DNA from: Gammaproteobacteria bacterium
GTDB lineage: Bacteria; Pseudomonadota; Gammaproteobacteria; Steroidobacterales; GCA-2729495
Length of the DNA stretch: 64,000 nt
Reading direction: 5' to 3'
Assembly: GCA_028285245.1 (NCBI GenBank)
Contig: JANQPY010000036.1
Span: 11,395 to 75,394 of the forward strand
The first letter of the stretch is position 1. Each line of letters starts with the position of its first letter. Positions 17,833 to 27,562 of this stretch are shown piece after piece. The notes under the pieces were generated by a model. It saw only the letters and a program-made list of their open reading frames with translations. It ran no database searches and was not told the origin of the DNA. The position numbers and the translations under genes are program-made.

Positions 17833-18825
17833 CTAGAGCTTAACGCCCGCGTTATTCCTGTTTAGCGCCTGCTCGGCACGATAGCTGGAGCGCACCAGCG
17901 GGCCTGCCACAACTTCCGCAAAGCCGCGATCCAATCCCCATTCGCGATAGCGCGCAAACTCGTCAGGGCGGACAAAGCGCGCAACCGGTAAGTGATTTGC
18001 GGTGGGCCGCAGATACTGGCCCAGGGTCAAGAGGTCGACGTCGCGATCCCGAAGATCGTCCATGGCCCGGGCGATTTCGTCATCTTCTTCACCAAGCCCC
18101 AGCATCAGACTGCTCTTGGTCAGCACTCCGTCGCTGTTGGACTTAGCGACAGCCAGCACGTCGAGTGACTGCGCGTATCCGGCGCGCGGATCGCGCACCT
18201 CGCTTTGCAGGCGCTCAACCGTTTCCAGGTTGTGGGCAAACACGTCAAGCGGCGACGAAACGACCCGCCGGACGGCGGACTCGTTCCCCTGAAAATCCGG
18301 TGTCAATGCCTCCACGGCGGTATCGGGGTTGCGCTGCTTGATCGCCCGGATACACGCGGCGTAGTGCGCGGCGCCACCATCATCAATGTCGTCTCGGTCA
18401 ACCGAAGTCAGCACGATGTAGCGTAGCCCCATCAACTCGACCGAGCGGGCCGCATTCTCGGGCTCCTCTGCATCAAGCCAGCCGGCCGGATTACCGGTAT
18501 CGACGGCACAGAAACGGCAGGCGCGAGTGCAAACACTGCCCATCAACATGATCGTGGCGGTGCCCGCGTTCCAGCATTCGCCAATGTTTGGGCAAATCGA
18601 CTCTTCACAAACCGTGCTCAGCCGATGTTTCCGCACATTCGCCTGCACGGCGGAGAATCCCTTGCCGGATGGCAACCGGGCACGCAGCCAATCGGGCTTG
18701 CGCTCGATGGGGACTTCAGACCAGCCGCGAGCGCGGCTAACGCCGTTCTTAACGGCGCGAAAGCCCACGTCGGTCTGGTACTTCTCGCCGCTGCGGGTGA
18801 TGGGAATGCCTTTGAACTGTGTCAC
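17833..18825 (-). CDS. lipA: lipoyl synthase
   Basis: Both cluster motifs are present: [13 protein letters not shown] (auxiliary 4Fe-4S) and [10 protein letters not shown] (radical SAM CxxxCxxC). Confidence 0.95.
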   Translation of the reverse strand: MTQFKGIPITRSGEKYQTDVGFRAVKNGVSRARGWSEVPIERKPDWLRARLPSGKGFSAVQANVRKHRLSTVCEESICPNIGECWNAGTATIMLMGSVCTRACRFCAVDTGNPAGWLDAEEPENAARSVELMGLRYIVLTSVDRDDIDDGGAAHYAACIRAIKQRNPDTAVEALTPDFQGNESAVRRVVSSPLDVFAHNLETVERLQSEVRDPRAGYAQSLDVLAVAKSNSDGVLTKSSLMLGLGEEDDEIARAMDDLRDRDVDLLTLGQYLRPTANHLPVARFVRPDEFARYREWGLDRGFAEVVAGPLVRSSYRAEQALNRNNAGVKL

Positions 18826-18912
18826 GTGAACTTACGAGTACTGCCGGAAACGGTATTCTCGCATGCCCGCTTGAGGCTGGAAAACCACGCTCTGAACCGG
18901 GCGTTCAGGCGG

Positions 18913-18941
18913 CAAAAAAAAGCCCGGCGCTAAGGCCGGGC
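18913..18941 (-). terminator. rho-independent terminator
   Basis: On the minus strand, a GCCCGGC/GCCGGGC 7-bp stem (18922-18928 / 18935-18941) is followed by an 8-U run (18914-18921). It lies downstream of the small ORF ending at 19019. Confidence 0.8.
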
Positions 18942-19018
18942 AATACAGGGGGAAGACTTTTCTACCCGCCCTGTGGCGGGCATTCAACATCTGCAATCGG
19001 TATCAATAAGCAGTCGAC

Positions 19019-19216
19019 CTAATGAAGTCGTGACCAGTTCAGCAACTCAACAGCGTCAACTTCCATCTCAAAATTCTTGGCTAACAGTTCTTCGATCTCA
19101 GTGGGATCAAGAATCTGTTCTGCCGGCGAATTAACTTCTACAACCCCGCTATACTCGTCAGCGAAATCTTGCTCTTCCGAGCGCAACAGAAATCGGGTGT
19201 AGTATTTCGCGCGCAT
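19019..19216 (-). CDS. small acidic hypothetical protein (65 aa)
   Basis: ATG 19216 (MRAKYYTRFLLRSEEQDF...). The longer form would overlap the divergent ompA-family gene. A strong terminator directly downstream supports transcription, but there is no clear SD. Confidence 0.45.
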   Translation of the reverse strand: MRAKYYTRFLLRSEEQDFADEYSGVVEVNSPAEQILDPTEIEELLAKNFEMEVDAVELLNWSRLH

Positions 19217-19288
19217 GGCCAAAAGGTACGGGCATAACGCTGCCGATACTGTGAGACACCGCACAGATTCAAGACCGGATACGACTGA

Positions 19289-20746
19289 ATGAATTGGGGA
19301 ATTTGCATCACGGTGAGCCATGCACGGTGGGTCCTCTGCGCGGCATTACTGCTCGCTGCGTCGGCCGCCACAGGTCAGGATTTTGCCCGGCAGCTCGCCG
19401 ACGCACAGGCCCTGTTGAGCAAAGCGAACGCAGACAATGCCGACCTGCTTGCACCGGAGACTTTTAGCCGAGGCACAGACGCACTGCGCAAGGCCGAGGC
19501 AAGGTTTGCAGCTGGGCGGGCTGACGCGCGGCTGACCCGCGAGCTCGCAGAAGCATCGGCGGCACTGTCATCAGCCATCGACCTGGCCGGGCGGGCACAG
19601 CGCGAGCTGGCCGCGGCTATTGGTGCGCGCGCTGATGCAATTGCGGCAGGTGCCCCGGCTCAAGACTCTGATGCCTTTGCCGATGCCGAAGAGCGTCTTG
19701 TTAATGCGGCAGCCGCGCTGGAGGCCGGCAACCTCGATAAGGCAAACGCGCGTGCTGACGATGCCGAGCGACGGTTGCGCGAAGTGGAGCTGCAGGCCAT
19801 CCGCAATATGTTGTTTGGTTCGGCACGCCAGGCGATTGAGGACGCGGACGAGCAGCGCACTGACCGCTTTGCACCCAGAACGCTAGCCAGAGCGCGGCAG
19901 CTACTGGCCGAGGCGGAGCGTCTGCTGCAAGCAGATCGCTATGCCGTCGAAGAGCCCACGCGCCTGGCAAACCTGGCGACATACGAGGCCCGGCATGCCA
20001 GGTTCATCCGCGGCCTGGCTGAAGATGTAAGAAAAGGCCAAAAGTCATTCGAAGACATCGTACTGGCGTGGGAAGAACACTGGACCCTGCTCGCCGAAGC
20101 GGCCAACGTCCCGGCGGATTTCTCAACCGGGTATGCGGAGCTGGCCGCCGCCATTGACCAGGAACTACGGCGCGTGCCGGGCCTGGAGTTCAACGTCGCA
20201 GAACTAACCAAGCGAGTGAATGGTCTGGAAGAAGAAATTCGCGAGCTGGATGACCGCCTCGGCAGCACGTCGGCTGAAAGGTCTGCGCTCATGCGCGAAC
20301 TGCAGGCAAGGGCACGAACCCGGGAACAGTTCGCGACGGTGAATGCGCTGTTCACATCCAAAGAGGCGGACGTACTCAGAGACGGAGACAACGTTATATT
20401 GCGCCTGGTCGGATTACGATTTGCCAGCGGATCGGATCAGCTCAATGCCGGCAGCGACGCACTACTGCAAAAACTGCGCGATGCCTTCAACGTCTTTCCG
20501 CGGCTTGAGGTGGTCGTTGAGGGACATACTGACTCTTCCGGCAGCGCCAGCAGAAACCAGGCGCTATCCCAACGGCGCGCGCAGGCTGTCGCGGACTATT
20601 GTGTCGAGCAACTAGGCCTGCCGGCATTTCGCGTAAAGGCCGTGGGCTACGGCGACACCCGGCCCATCGCCCCAAATCGCACGGCGGAGGGCCGCGCCAA
20701 GAATCGCCGCATTGACTTGCTGCTTAAACCGCGCCTGGTCAACTAA
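19289..20746 (+). CDS. OmpA-family peptidoglycan-binding protein with long N-terminal coiled-coil region
   Basis: C-terminal OmpA-like domain: GHTDSSGSASRNQALSQRRAQAVADY...GYGDTRPIAPNRTAEGRAKNRRIDL. Signal peptide ...VLCAALLLAASAATGQ. The start may instead be GTG 19313. Confidence 0.85.
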   Translation: MNWGICITVSHARWVLCAALLLAASAATGQDFARQLADAQALLSKANADNADLLAPETFSRGTDALRKAEARFAAGRADARLTRELAEASAALSSAIDLAGRAQRELAAAIGARADAIAAGAPAQDSDAFADAEERLVNAAAALEAGNLDKANARADDAERRLREVELQAIRNMLFGSARQAIEDADEQRTDRFAPRTLARARQLLAEAERLLQADRYAVEEPTRLANLATYEARHARFIRGLAEDVRKGQKSFEDIVLAWEEHWTLLAEAANVPADFSTGYAELAAAIDQELRRVPGLEFNVAELTKRVNGLEEEIRELDDRLGSTSAERSALMRELQARARTREQFATVNALFTSKEADVLRDGDNVILRLVGLRFASGSDQLNAGSDALLQKLRDAFNVFPRLEVVVEGHTDSSGSASRNQALSQRRAQAVADYCVEQLGLPAFRVKAVGYGDTRPIAPNRTAEGRAKNRRIDLLLKPRLVN

Positions 20747-20776
20747 CTGACCAAGTCCGGGCGTTGCGCCAGGGAG

Positions 20777-21679
20777 CTAAGACTCCTTCCACCAATCAGC
20801 GACGCACCGTGCGGTGACCGGATTGATCATGTAGCCATAGCACTTGTGCACGTTGAGGCCGTCAGGTCCGCGGAAGTAGTTGAACAGATCGGTGCGATCA
20901 ACAATCTCATCGACCAGTCCCGCGTCAAGCATCGGCCTGAACTTGTCGGCCAGGTGCGGCACCACAGCCGAAAGCTCGCCAACAGCAGTCAGGTTAGTCC
21001 AGTGCCGAATCGTGTGGGGATATCGACCGTCCCCTGTCTCGTCAGCGCCCAGCAGACGGTGACTCATGAAGTTGAGGCCCAGCGGGCTACCTAGCGACAG
21101 TAAATCCACCTTATCGATGGGGTCCGGCTCCCGGCTCAACTGCCACAGCGTGTCAAAGGCCACCACTGAGCCAAGGCTGTGAGCAACGATGAGCAGGCGG
21201 CCGTTGTCCTGCAGGGCCTGTCTGATTGCACCCGCCACTAAGGCGCGAATTTCATCCGCAACGCCCGCACTGTTCGTCAAGTAGCGAAGGCTGTCCTTAA
21301 GAGTGTCCTTTACCTCCGCGCTCGCAATCCAGTCAGCGAGCGATGGAAACAGATCGCACAGTGCATAAGCTGCGCGAGCAGCACGCCGGCGCCAGTGGCT
21401 GGCTTCATCCATGTCGACCTGGTGTGGACCCGGAGCAGCCAGCAATCGCTCCAGTCCCGGCTGGTCAGGCCCGGGATCGCTGGGCTGCGGATAAAAGATG
21501 TGCGGCCACGGCGCCAGTCGAAATGCCTCGGCCTGAGCAGCAAACTCCCGGGCGACTGCCGGATCACATCGGTCTAAGGCCGTCTGCAAGCACTTCCGCA
21601 GATTGGTGCGATGAATGTCGGCCGGTGGCTTGGGCTTCATGCCAGGCACATAGAGGATCACCTTGCCGCTCGCGCTCAT
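20777..21679 (-). CDS. alpha/beta-hydrolase-like protein (lipase-type GxSxG)
   Basis: Nucleophile-elbow motif 'VAHSLGSVV'. There is no signal peptide and the family is otherwise unassigned. Confidence 0.6.
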   Translation of the reverse strand: MSASGKVILYVPGMKPKPPADIHRTNLRKCLQTALDRCDPAVAREFAAQAEAFRLAPWPHIFYPQPSDPGPDQPGLERLLAAPGPHQVDMDEASHWRRRAARAAYALCDLFPSLADWIASAEVKDTLKDSLRYLTNSAGVADEIRALVAGAIRQALQDNGRLLIVAHSLGSVVAFDTLWQLSREPDPIDKVDLLSLGSPLGLNFMSHRLLGADETGDGRYPHTIRHWTNLTAVGELSAVVPHLADKFRPMLDAGLVDEIVDRTDLFNYFRGPDGLNVHKCYGYMINPVTARCVADWWKES

Positions 21680-21740
21680 GACTGCATGATAATCTGAGTT
21701 TTCACCGTCGCATTAATGCCTGTAAGGGAGCCCTGCAAAC

Positions 21741-22160
21741 GTGAAGTACCTGCATACCATGGTGAGGGTCAGCAATCTGGAAGACTCCCTGGACTTTTAC
21801 TGCAACAAGCTCGGCTTGGTCGAACTACAAAGAGCGGATAACGACGCCGGCCGCTATACGTTGGTCTTCTTGTGCGCCCCGGGAGACGAGTCGGCTTGCA
21901 TAGAACTGACCTACAACTGGGACCCTGAGGCCTATGGCGAAGGCAGGAACTTCGGGCATGTTGCTTACCGAGTGGACGATATATACGCGCTGTGCCAGCG
22001 GCTGATGGACCACGGCGTAACGATTAACCGGCCGCCCAGAGATGGCTACATGGCTTTCGTCAGGTCACCCGACAACATTTCCATCGAGCTGCTGCAAGCC
22101 GGTGGCGCCCTGCCGAAGCGAGAGCCCTGGGCCTCGATGCCAAACGTGGGCAAGTGGTAG
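21741..22160 (+). CDS. gloA: lactoylglutathione lyase (glyoxalase I)
   Basis: (M)KYLHTMVRVSNLEDSLDFYCNKLGL...ELTYNW...GHVAY...SIELLQ, a typical GloA. GTG start with AAGGGAG upstream. Confidence 0.9.
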   Translation: MKYLHTMVRVSNLEDSLDFYCNKLGLVELQRADNDAGRYTLVFLCAPGDESACIELTYNWDPEAYGEGRNFGHVAYRVDDIYALCQRLMDHGVTINRPPRDGYMAFVRSPDNISIELLQAGGALPKREPWASMPNVGKW

Positions 22161-22170
22161 CGGGTCTGGA

Positions 22171-23433
22171 CTAACCGACCGCCGCTCGTCGCGAAGCCAC
22201 CCGGAAACGGCCGGTTTGCATAGTAGCGTTGATCGATTCTTTCACGACGACTTTATTACGGCCATCTTCCTTGGCCTGATAGAGCGCCTCATCGGCGAGC
22301 TGAATCACACCATTCATGCTGCGCTCGGCCTCGGGCACGCTTATCGATACGCCGACGCTGACCGTGAGATAGGGATGCGTTGACGACTGGCGGTGGGGAA
22401 TTTTTAGTTCCTGAACCGTACGCCGGATATGCCCCGGAATCTCTCGGCCGTACTCGTTCGCCGGTCCATATAGCAGCAACGCAAACTCTTCGCCGCCGAA
22501 TCGCGCCGCGATATCCAGCGGGCGCTGCGCTGCCAGACCGATAACTTCAGCGACCCGCTTCAGCGCGTCGTCGCCGGCCTGATGGCCATAGTGATCGTTA
22601 TAGTCTTTGAAGTGATCGATATCGACCAAAAGCAGCGTCAGCTGCGTCTGCTCCCGGCGCGACTGGCGCCAAAGGCGATCAAGCTGCCGGTCGAAGCTGC
22701 GGCGATTGTTGAGTCCCGTCAGGCCGTCCTGGTCCGCCAGCTCACCCAGAACCCGGGACTCAAGAAAGGATTTCCTTGAGGCTCGCTCCAGCTGGTAGCA
22801 GCAAACGATACCTGTGGCGTTGACCAGCGCCAGCATCGCCAGCTCGAAGAACGCCTCCGCGGGCGTGAAGTCCCAATAGAAGGTGCCCCAGACGTAGGTT
22901 GCAGAAGTCGCCAACGCTGCAAACGCCGCATGCCGTAACGGCAGTCCAAGCATCAGCCAGACCGCGAACAGCCACGCAACGCACGCCGCAAAGTAGTAGT
23001 GCATGCCTAGAAGCGCGGCTCGAGTCACGATGGAGGTGATCATCAAGCCGAGCAGAAGCGCGCTTGACGTAAGCAAGAACTCAAATAGCCGGTGACGACC
23101 GGGCAGATAAGAGGTGTACAGAGTGGCCGCCAGGCAAGGCAGCATGATGAACAGCTCGAAAGCCACCATGATTTTCGAGAAACCGGGCTCGGTTAGCCGC
23201 GCGCCGATGAGGATCAGGATGGTGGCCGCAGCCGTAACCATAACCAGGCGTGCGCGGAAGGCGTTGCTTTTGGCGTAGCTCGCGCGGAACTCATCTTCGA
23301 CAAACGCCGAGAACCGCAGCCCGCGAAACCCGCGCTGCCGCTCATCCGCAAACGGCGAATTCAGCTTGTATCCCAAACTCTTCAAATGCGGGCCGTCCCT
23401 AAAAAGTCCCGCGATGTGCGGACCTCTCCTCAC
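22171..23433 (-). CDS. membrane-anchored diguanylate cyclase (GGDEF)
   Basis: About 6 N-terminal TM segments followed by a GGDEF domain with 'RFGGEEFALLL' and 'DIDHFKDYND'. Confidence 0.9.
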   Translation of the reverse strand: MRRGPHIAGLFRDGPHLKSLGYKLNSPFADERQRGFRGLRFSAFVEDEFRASYAKSNAFRARLVMVTAAATILILIGARLTEPGFSKIMVAFELFIMLPCLAATLYTSYLPGRHRLFEFLLTSSALLLGLMITSIVTRAALLGMHYYFAACVAWLFAVWLMLGLPLRHAAFAALATSATYVWGTFYWDFTPAEAFFELAMLALVNATGIVCCYQLERASRKSFLESRVLGELADQDGLTGLNNRRSFDRQLDRLWRQSRREQTQLTLLLVDIDHFKDYNDHYGHQAGDDALKRVAEVIGLAAQRPLDIAARFGGEEFALLLYGPANEYGREIPGHIRRTVQELKIPHRQSSTHPYLTVSVGVSISVPEAERSMNGVIQLADEALYQAKEDGRNKVVVKESINATMQTGRFRVASRRAAVG

Positions 23434-23584
23434 CCGCCACCCTAGATGGTGCGACGCAGCGCAACAACCGCCCCGGTCACAGAATCCGATCCCGGCGAGC
23501 CCACAACAAGCGTGATCAGCACACGCGTCAGTTATGCTCGCGTCCGTATGTTGGACCCCTTAGCCACCAGCCCTGCGACCTAGC

Positions 23585-24187
23585 ATGCCGCCCGGATCAC
23601 CGTGGCTGGAGCGAGTCGTTCAGATTGCAGCCCCGGCCGCCATCGCGGCACTGGGGGTCCTGCTAGTGACAGCGGCTGCCCCGCCAGAACGTAATTCAGG
23701 AAGCGCGCCCGATAGCGGGCTTGCGGCACCGCAACTACCCCCTTGTGCGGACGAGACCGACGGCTTACTGACCGGCCAGCTCTATGGCGCGATCGAGGTC
23801 AAGCTTCAGGCGCCTGATCCGAAGCTCCGCTGCGCGGCGACGCTGCGGCCAGAAGGTGGTGGCATGCGACTGTTCTTCGCGCCGGGTGGCGAGGAGCTGC
23901 TGCTGGTCATCGGCGTGGCGGCGACCCCGTCCACCGCGCTTAGTCAGGAACTGGCCGCGAACGTCACCATCGTCGATGAGCGGCGCGGTCAGTTCTTCAG
24001 CTCTGGCGAGAGCGAACGATGCTGGACCCGGTTTCACCGTGTCGAGCCTGGCGCGGGTGACCACGGCACGTGGCAAATCGGCGGGACGCTTTTTTGTTCC
24101 GGCGCACTACCCGCGCTGAACGGCGACGGATCGGTGACGCCCGGCGAACTTGAGTTCCTGGCCCGACTGGTAACGGAAGACAATTGA
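23585..24187 (+). CDS. hypothetical exported/membrane-anchored protein
   Basis: N-terminal hydrophobic segment IAAPAAIAALGVLLVTAAA. I recognise no motif. Confidence 0.5.
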   Translation: MPPGSPWLERVVQIAAPAAIAALGVLLVTAAAPPERNSGSAPDSGLAAPQLPPCADETDGLLTGQLYGAIEVKLQAPDPKLRCAATLRPEGGGMRLFFAPGGEELLLVIGVAATPSTALSQELAANVTIVDERRGQFFSSGESERCWTRFHRVEPGAGDHGTWQIGGTLFCSGALPALNGDGSVTPGELEFLARLVTEDN

Positions 24188-24684
24188 AACTAAAGCCCGT
24201 GCATCTTTGCGTGGTCTGGGGTTTCCTGGCCCTGCCCTCGCTGTGGTGGTTTCAGCCCGCACAATCCTCGACGGAGCTCAATGAGTTTGAGAGCGGCTCC
24301 GTGATCCTGGAGAACAACCGCGATCAGTGTCTGCATGTCGCGGTGTGGTTCGCCGATCTGCCGGCCCAGCAGGCGCAGGGGCTGATGTTTGTGAGGCAAC
24401 TTGGCGAATTTGAGGGGATGCTGTTCCGCTATCGAGCGCCGCGGATCATCACGATGTGGATGAAGAACACTTATATATCGCTGGACATGATCTTTATCAG
24501 CGACGACGACTACGTCATCCGTGTAGCACGCCGGACCACACCGCTTTCGGAAGCGCAGATAAGCAGCCGCTTGCCGGCCACCGCCGTGCTGGAAGTCGCC
24601 GCGGGATTTGCGGAACGATGGGGGATTGCCAGAGGCGCCCGGCTACTGCTAACTGAACCCGCTGTGCCACAGGCCGAGGGCTGA
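24184..24684 (+). CDS. DUF192 domain protein, exported
   Basis: Core 'ITMWMKNTYISLDMIFI' and '...AVLEVAAG' are typical of DUF192. It has a signal peptide, and its TTG start overlaps the upstream stop. Confidence 0.7.
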   Translation: MKLKPVHLCVVWGFLALPSLWWFQPAQSSTELNEFESGSVILENNRDQCLHVAVWFADLPAQQAQGLMFVRQLGEFEGMLFRYRAPRIITMWMKNTYISLDMIFISDDDYVIRVARRTTPLSEAQISSRLPATAVLEVAAGFAERWGIARGARLLLTEPAVPQAEG

Positions 24685-24748
24685 AAAAGTCTCAGGCGAG
24701 GCTGAGAGTCTTTGCGGTTGTTTGTGGCCCGCTCGCTTTGGTGGCTAC

Positions 24749-25135
24749 TCAGGCATCATCCACCGGGGCAGGCTGCGAGCGGCACTTCACTACGTAGCGC
24801 AAGTCGTGCCGGGCAGCGTTCAATTCGTCGTAGCGGAACGGCCGACGCTCGGCGACTGCATAGCCCGACGGGCACAGCTGCCTGGACTCAACCCACGTCT
24901 GCAGCCATTCCAGGCGCCGGGCCTCAGCCGCAGAATCATCGTCAGGCATCTCGGGCGAGAGCATCACATCGAAATAGAAGCTGTCGGATGCGTCGAAGGG
25001 CACGGTCAACCGGCTCATGCGATGGCGATCAAAGTCCTCTGACTCGTAGATTCCGGCGCAGCCAGTTAACAGCAGCGCCGCGAGTGACATCTGGCACAGC
25101 CGCAAGAAGTAACTAAGGCATACGCTTTGGTTCAT
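24749..25135 (-). CDS. hypothetical lipoprotein
   Basis: Lipobox ALLLTGCAG, with GGGAG 9 nt upstream of the ATG. Confidence 0.6.
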   Translation of the reverse strand: MNQSVCLSYFLRLCQMSLAALLLTGCAGIYESEDFDRHRMSRLTVPFDASDSFYFDVMLSPEMPDDDSAAEARRLEWLQTWVESRQLCPSGYAVAERRPFRYDELNAARHDLRYVVKCRSQPAPVDDA

Positions 25136-25325
25136 TAGCGATCACTCCCGCCGGGTCAGCAAGAAATTAGCCGGCGCGCCTGGCGCACACGCGGGTTGGC
25201 TACCCTACCCAATGCGCCTCGCGAGTATCACTCTGCAGCCGCCGATGCCGCAAGGGTTGGGTGTCGCCCTTTTCCTCAATCCATCAGCGGTGAGCTATTG
25301 GCAACGAGCCTGTTAGAATCGCGCC

Positions 25326-26081
25326 ATGCATAACGAGCCAACCATTGCCGTCTTCATCGACTTTGAGAATCTGGCCCTGGGCGTCAAAGAGATGAAGCGC
25401 ACAAAATTCAAGCTCGATCTCGTCATGAAGCGGCTCCTCGAAAAAGGCCGCATCGTGTACCGGCGTGCTTACTGCGACTGGAGTCAGTACAGCGAGTTCG
25501 TGCAGGAGTTTCATCAGCTGGGCGTCGAGATGGTGGACATTCCACGGTCACGCGCTAGTGGAAAGAACAGCGCAGACATTCGTATGGTGGTGGACGCAAT
25601 AGACCTCTGTTACGCCAAAGGCCATATCGACGTGTTCGCGTTGCTGACCGGCGACAGCGACTTCTCTCCCCTCGTGTCTAAACTCAAGGAAAACGACAAG
25701 CGGGTGCTCGGTTGTGGTGTCAGGAACTCGACCTCCAAGATACTGGCAGCGAGCTGCGATGAGTTTGTCTATTACGACGATTTAATCGAGGTCTCGCGTA
25801 AGCGCAGTACCCGACGCAAGAAGAGCAAGTCGAAGAGCGGCAAACAGCAGGAGGCGCTCGATCAGCTGCTTGAGACCGTAGAGGCGCTGGAGCAGGATTA
25901 CGACCCGATTTGGGGGTCCATGATCAAGCAAACCGTCAAGCGCGTGTACCCCGGGTTCAGTGAGGGCTATTACGGCTATTCCAGCTTTTCTGATCTGCTG
26001 GAGGATGCACAAAGCCAGGGCCTGGTTAAGCTTGAGTTCGATGAATCTCGCGGCAACTACAAGGTTGCTCCCGCGCGCTAA
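25326..26081 (+). CDS. NYN (LabA-like) domain protein with C-terminal OST-HTH/LOTUS domain
   Basis: NYN blocks 'IAVFIDFENL' and 'LLTGDSDFSPLVSKLKENDKRVLGCG'. After a basic linker (RKRSTRRKKSKSKSGKQ), the C-terminal 'WGSMIKQTVKRVYPGFSEGYYGYSSFSDLLEDAQSQGLVKLEFDE' matches the OST-HTH pattern. Confidence 0.8.
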   Translation: MHNEPTIAVFIDFENLALGVKEMKRTKFKLDLVMKRLLEKGRIVYRRAYCDWSQYSEFVQEFHQLGVEMVDIPRSRASGKNSADIRMVVDAIDLCYAKGHIDVFALLTGDSDFSPLVSKLKENDKRVLGCGVRNSTSKILAASCDEFVYYDDLIEVSRKRSTRRKKSKSKSGKQQEALDQLLETVEALEQDYDPIWGSMIKQTVKRVYPGFSEGYYGYSSFSDLLEDAQSQGLVKLEFDESRGNYKVAPAR

Positions 26082-26114
26082 GACGCTGGCCGCGCTCAAT
26101 TTGCACCTGGCACG

Positions 26115-26756
26115 TTGAGCGTGTCGGCCAGCGTCGGCCATCCGGAAAAAATATCTGTGGCAAAAACTGGTCTGGCAGCAGGTTTCATCGTAAGCGCGCT
26201 GTGTCCGCTGCTTGCTTCCGGCGTTGAAATACACGAGATCGGCGTAAACAAGCGAGACGGCCAGTACCTTATCGCCGCGACTAGCACGCTTCAGGCCCCA
26301 CTTGAGTTCGTCTACGAGATTTTAAGTGACTATGAGAACTTCCATCGGCTCACGGGTGGGATTGCGGACACTCGCGTACTAGAGAACGCCGATGAGATGA
26401 TCAGCTACACGCTGATTGATAGCTGTGTTCTGTTCTTCTGCCGAAAGTTTGAGCGGGTTGAACGTGTCTACTTGAGGCCGCCGCACGAAATACACACGTC
26501 AGTCATACCTGAACGCAGTGACTTTGAAGTGTATGAGTCGACCTGGTCGCTGAGCGAGCGCGACGGCAGCACCAGCATCACCTTCACGGCCACGATGGAC
26601 CCGGCATTCTGGATTCCGCCACTCATTGATACGTGGGCGATTCGTCGAAAACTCGCCTACACGGCGGAGCAGGTAGGCGGCCGCGTGGAGTTTCTGTTCG
26701 CCAACGGCTACGAGCTTTCAGATCTGCCGGACCGGCGCACTGATCGCCAACGCTAG
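26115..26756 (+). CDS. SRPBCC (START/polyketide cyclase-like) family protein, probably exported
   Basis: About 210 aa with an N-terminal hydrophobic segment and a SRPBCC-like 'YEILSDYENFHRL' block. The TTG start is uncertain. Confidence 0.55.
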   Translation: MSVSASVGHPEKISVAKTGLAAGFIVSALCPLLASGVEIHEIGVNKRDGQYLIAATSTLQAPLEFVYEILSDYENFHRLTGGIADTRVLENADEMISYTLIDSCVLFFCRKFERVERVYLRPPHEIHTSVIPERSDFEVYESTWSLSERDGSTSITFTATMDPAFWIPPLIDTWAIRRKLAYTAEQVGGRVEFLFANGYELSDLPDRRTDRQR

Positions 26757-26959
26757 CGCGTTGTACCTGGCTTAAGTTCCGTGTAGTCCGGCCGCGCTTT
26801 CGCCCACTCTTTGTCGCTGCGCTCCGAGCGAACGATCACCACGGTTTCTCCGCCGGCGACTCGCGCTTCACCGCCGTTTTTCTCACTGTGTTCGCCTGAC
26901 CATGCCGGCCCGGCTACCAGCCCGACCGCAAATAAAACTACCGAGATGTTCTTGAGCAC
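26753..26959 (-). CDS. small exported hypothetical protein (68 aa)
   Basis: GTG 26959 with AGGGA 7 nt upstream, and a signal-like N-terminus (V)LKNISVVLFAVGLVAGPAWSG. The 150-aa track ORF overlaps the VOC gene promoter and start, so I shortened it. Confidence 0.35.
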   Translation of the reverse strand: MLKNISVVLFAVGLVAGPAWSGEHSEKNGGEARVAGGETVVIVRSERSDKEWAKARPDYTELKPGTTR

Positions 26960-27064
26960 TGTGTCGTCCCTTGTTCCGAGGAGAATCAATCTTGTTCGCC
27001 TGTGCCCGATCTTCGCACGGGCCGAACGTTCGGTATAGTCAGGCTCGCGCGAGAGAGGAAATGC

Positions 27065-27562
27065 ATGACCACAACCCGAATCAGTCCGATGGTGCGCACG
27101 GCGCTGTTTGTCGCGGACCTCGACAAGTCCAGGCATCTCTATCAAAACGTGTTGGGTCTTGCTGAAGAATGGTTTTCTGGCGAGTTGACGGACGGCAATG
27201 CGCATGAATTGCTCGGCATGCCGGCCGGCTCAGTGACGCGCGCGTCTATCCTGAAGGCGCCAGGTCCCGCCTGGGGCATGGTTGGGCTGTTCGAAGTCAG
27301 CAGCCCGCGGCCGCCTCCCCTGATCCGCAAACCAGACTCCATTAATGCCGGTGAGACCTGTTTAGTTTTTTACTGCGCCAAGCTTGACCCTGTCGTGGAG
27401 AGTCTCGACGCTGAGGGACTCAGGATACTTTGCAGGCCCCTCCGGCTGCGGATAGGCGAACAGACCAAACAAAGGGAAATGTGCTTTCGCGATCACGACG
27501 GCGTGCTGATCAATCTGATTGAGTGGGATCCGGATGAGCCGAGGCGTCCGGAACAGTCGTGA
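27065..27562 (+). CDS. VOC (glyoxalase/bleomycin-resistance/dioxygenase) family protein
   Basis: ATG 27065 with GAGAGGA upstream. The VOC-type N-terminus is 'VRTALFVADLDKSRHLYQNVLGL'. Confidence 0.7.
   Translation: MTTTRISPMVRTALFVADLDKSRHLYQNVLGLAEEWFSGELTDGNAHELLGMPAGSVTRASILKAPGPAWGMVGLFEVSSPRPPPLIRKPDSINAGETCLVFYCAKLDPVVESLDAEGLRILCRPLRLRIGEQTKQREMCFRDHDGVLINLIEWDPDEPRRPEQS

Noticed and set aside
26753-27205. 150-aa minus-strand ORF
   Set aside because: Its upstream two-thirds overlaps the promoter and start of the VOC gene and has no coding character. Only the last 68 codons, from GTG 26959 with an SD and a signal-like N-terminus, were retained, at low confidence.
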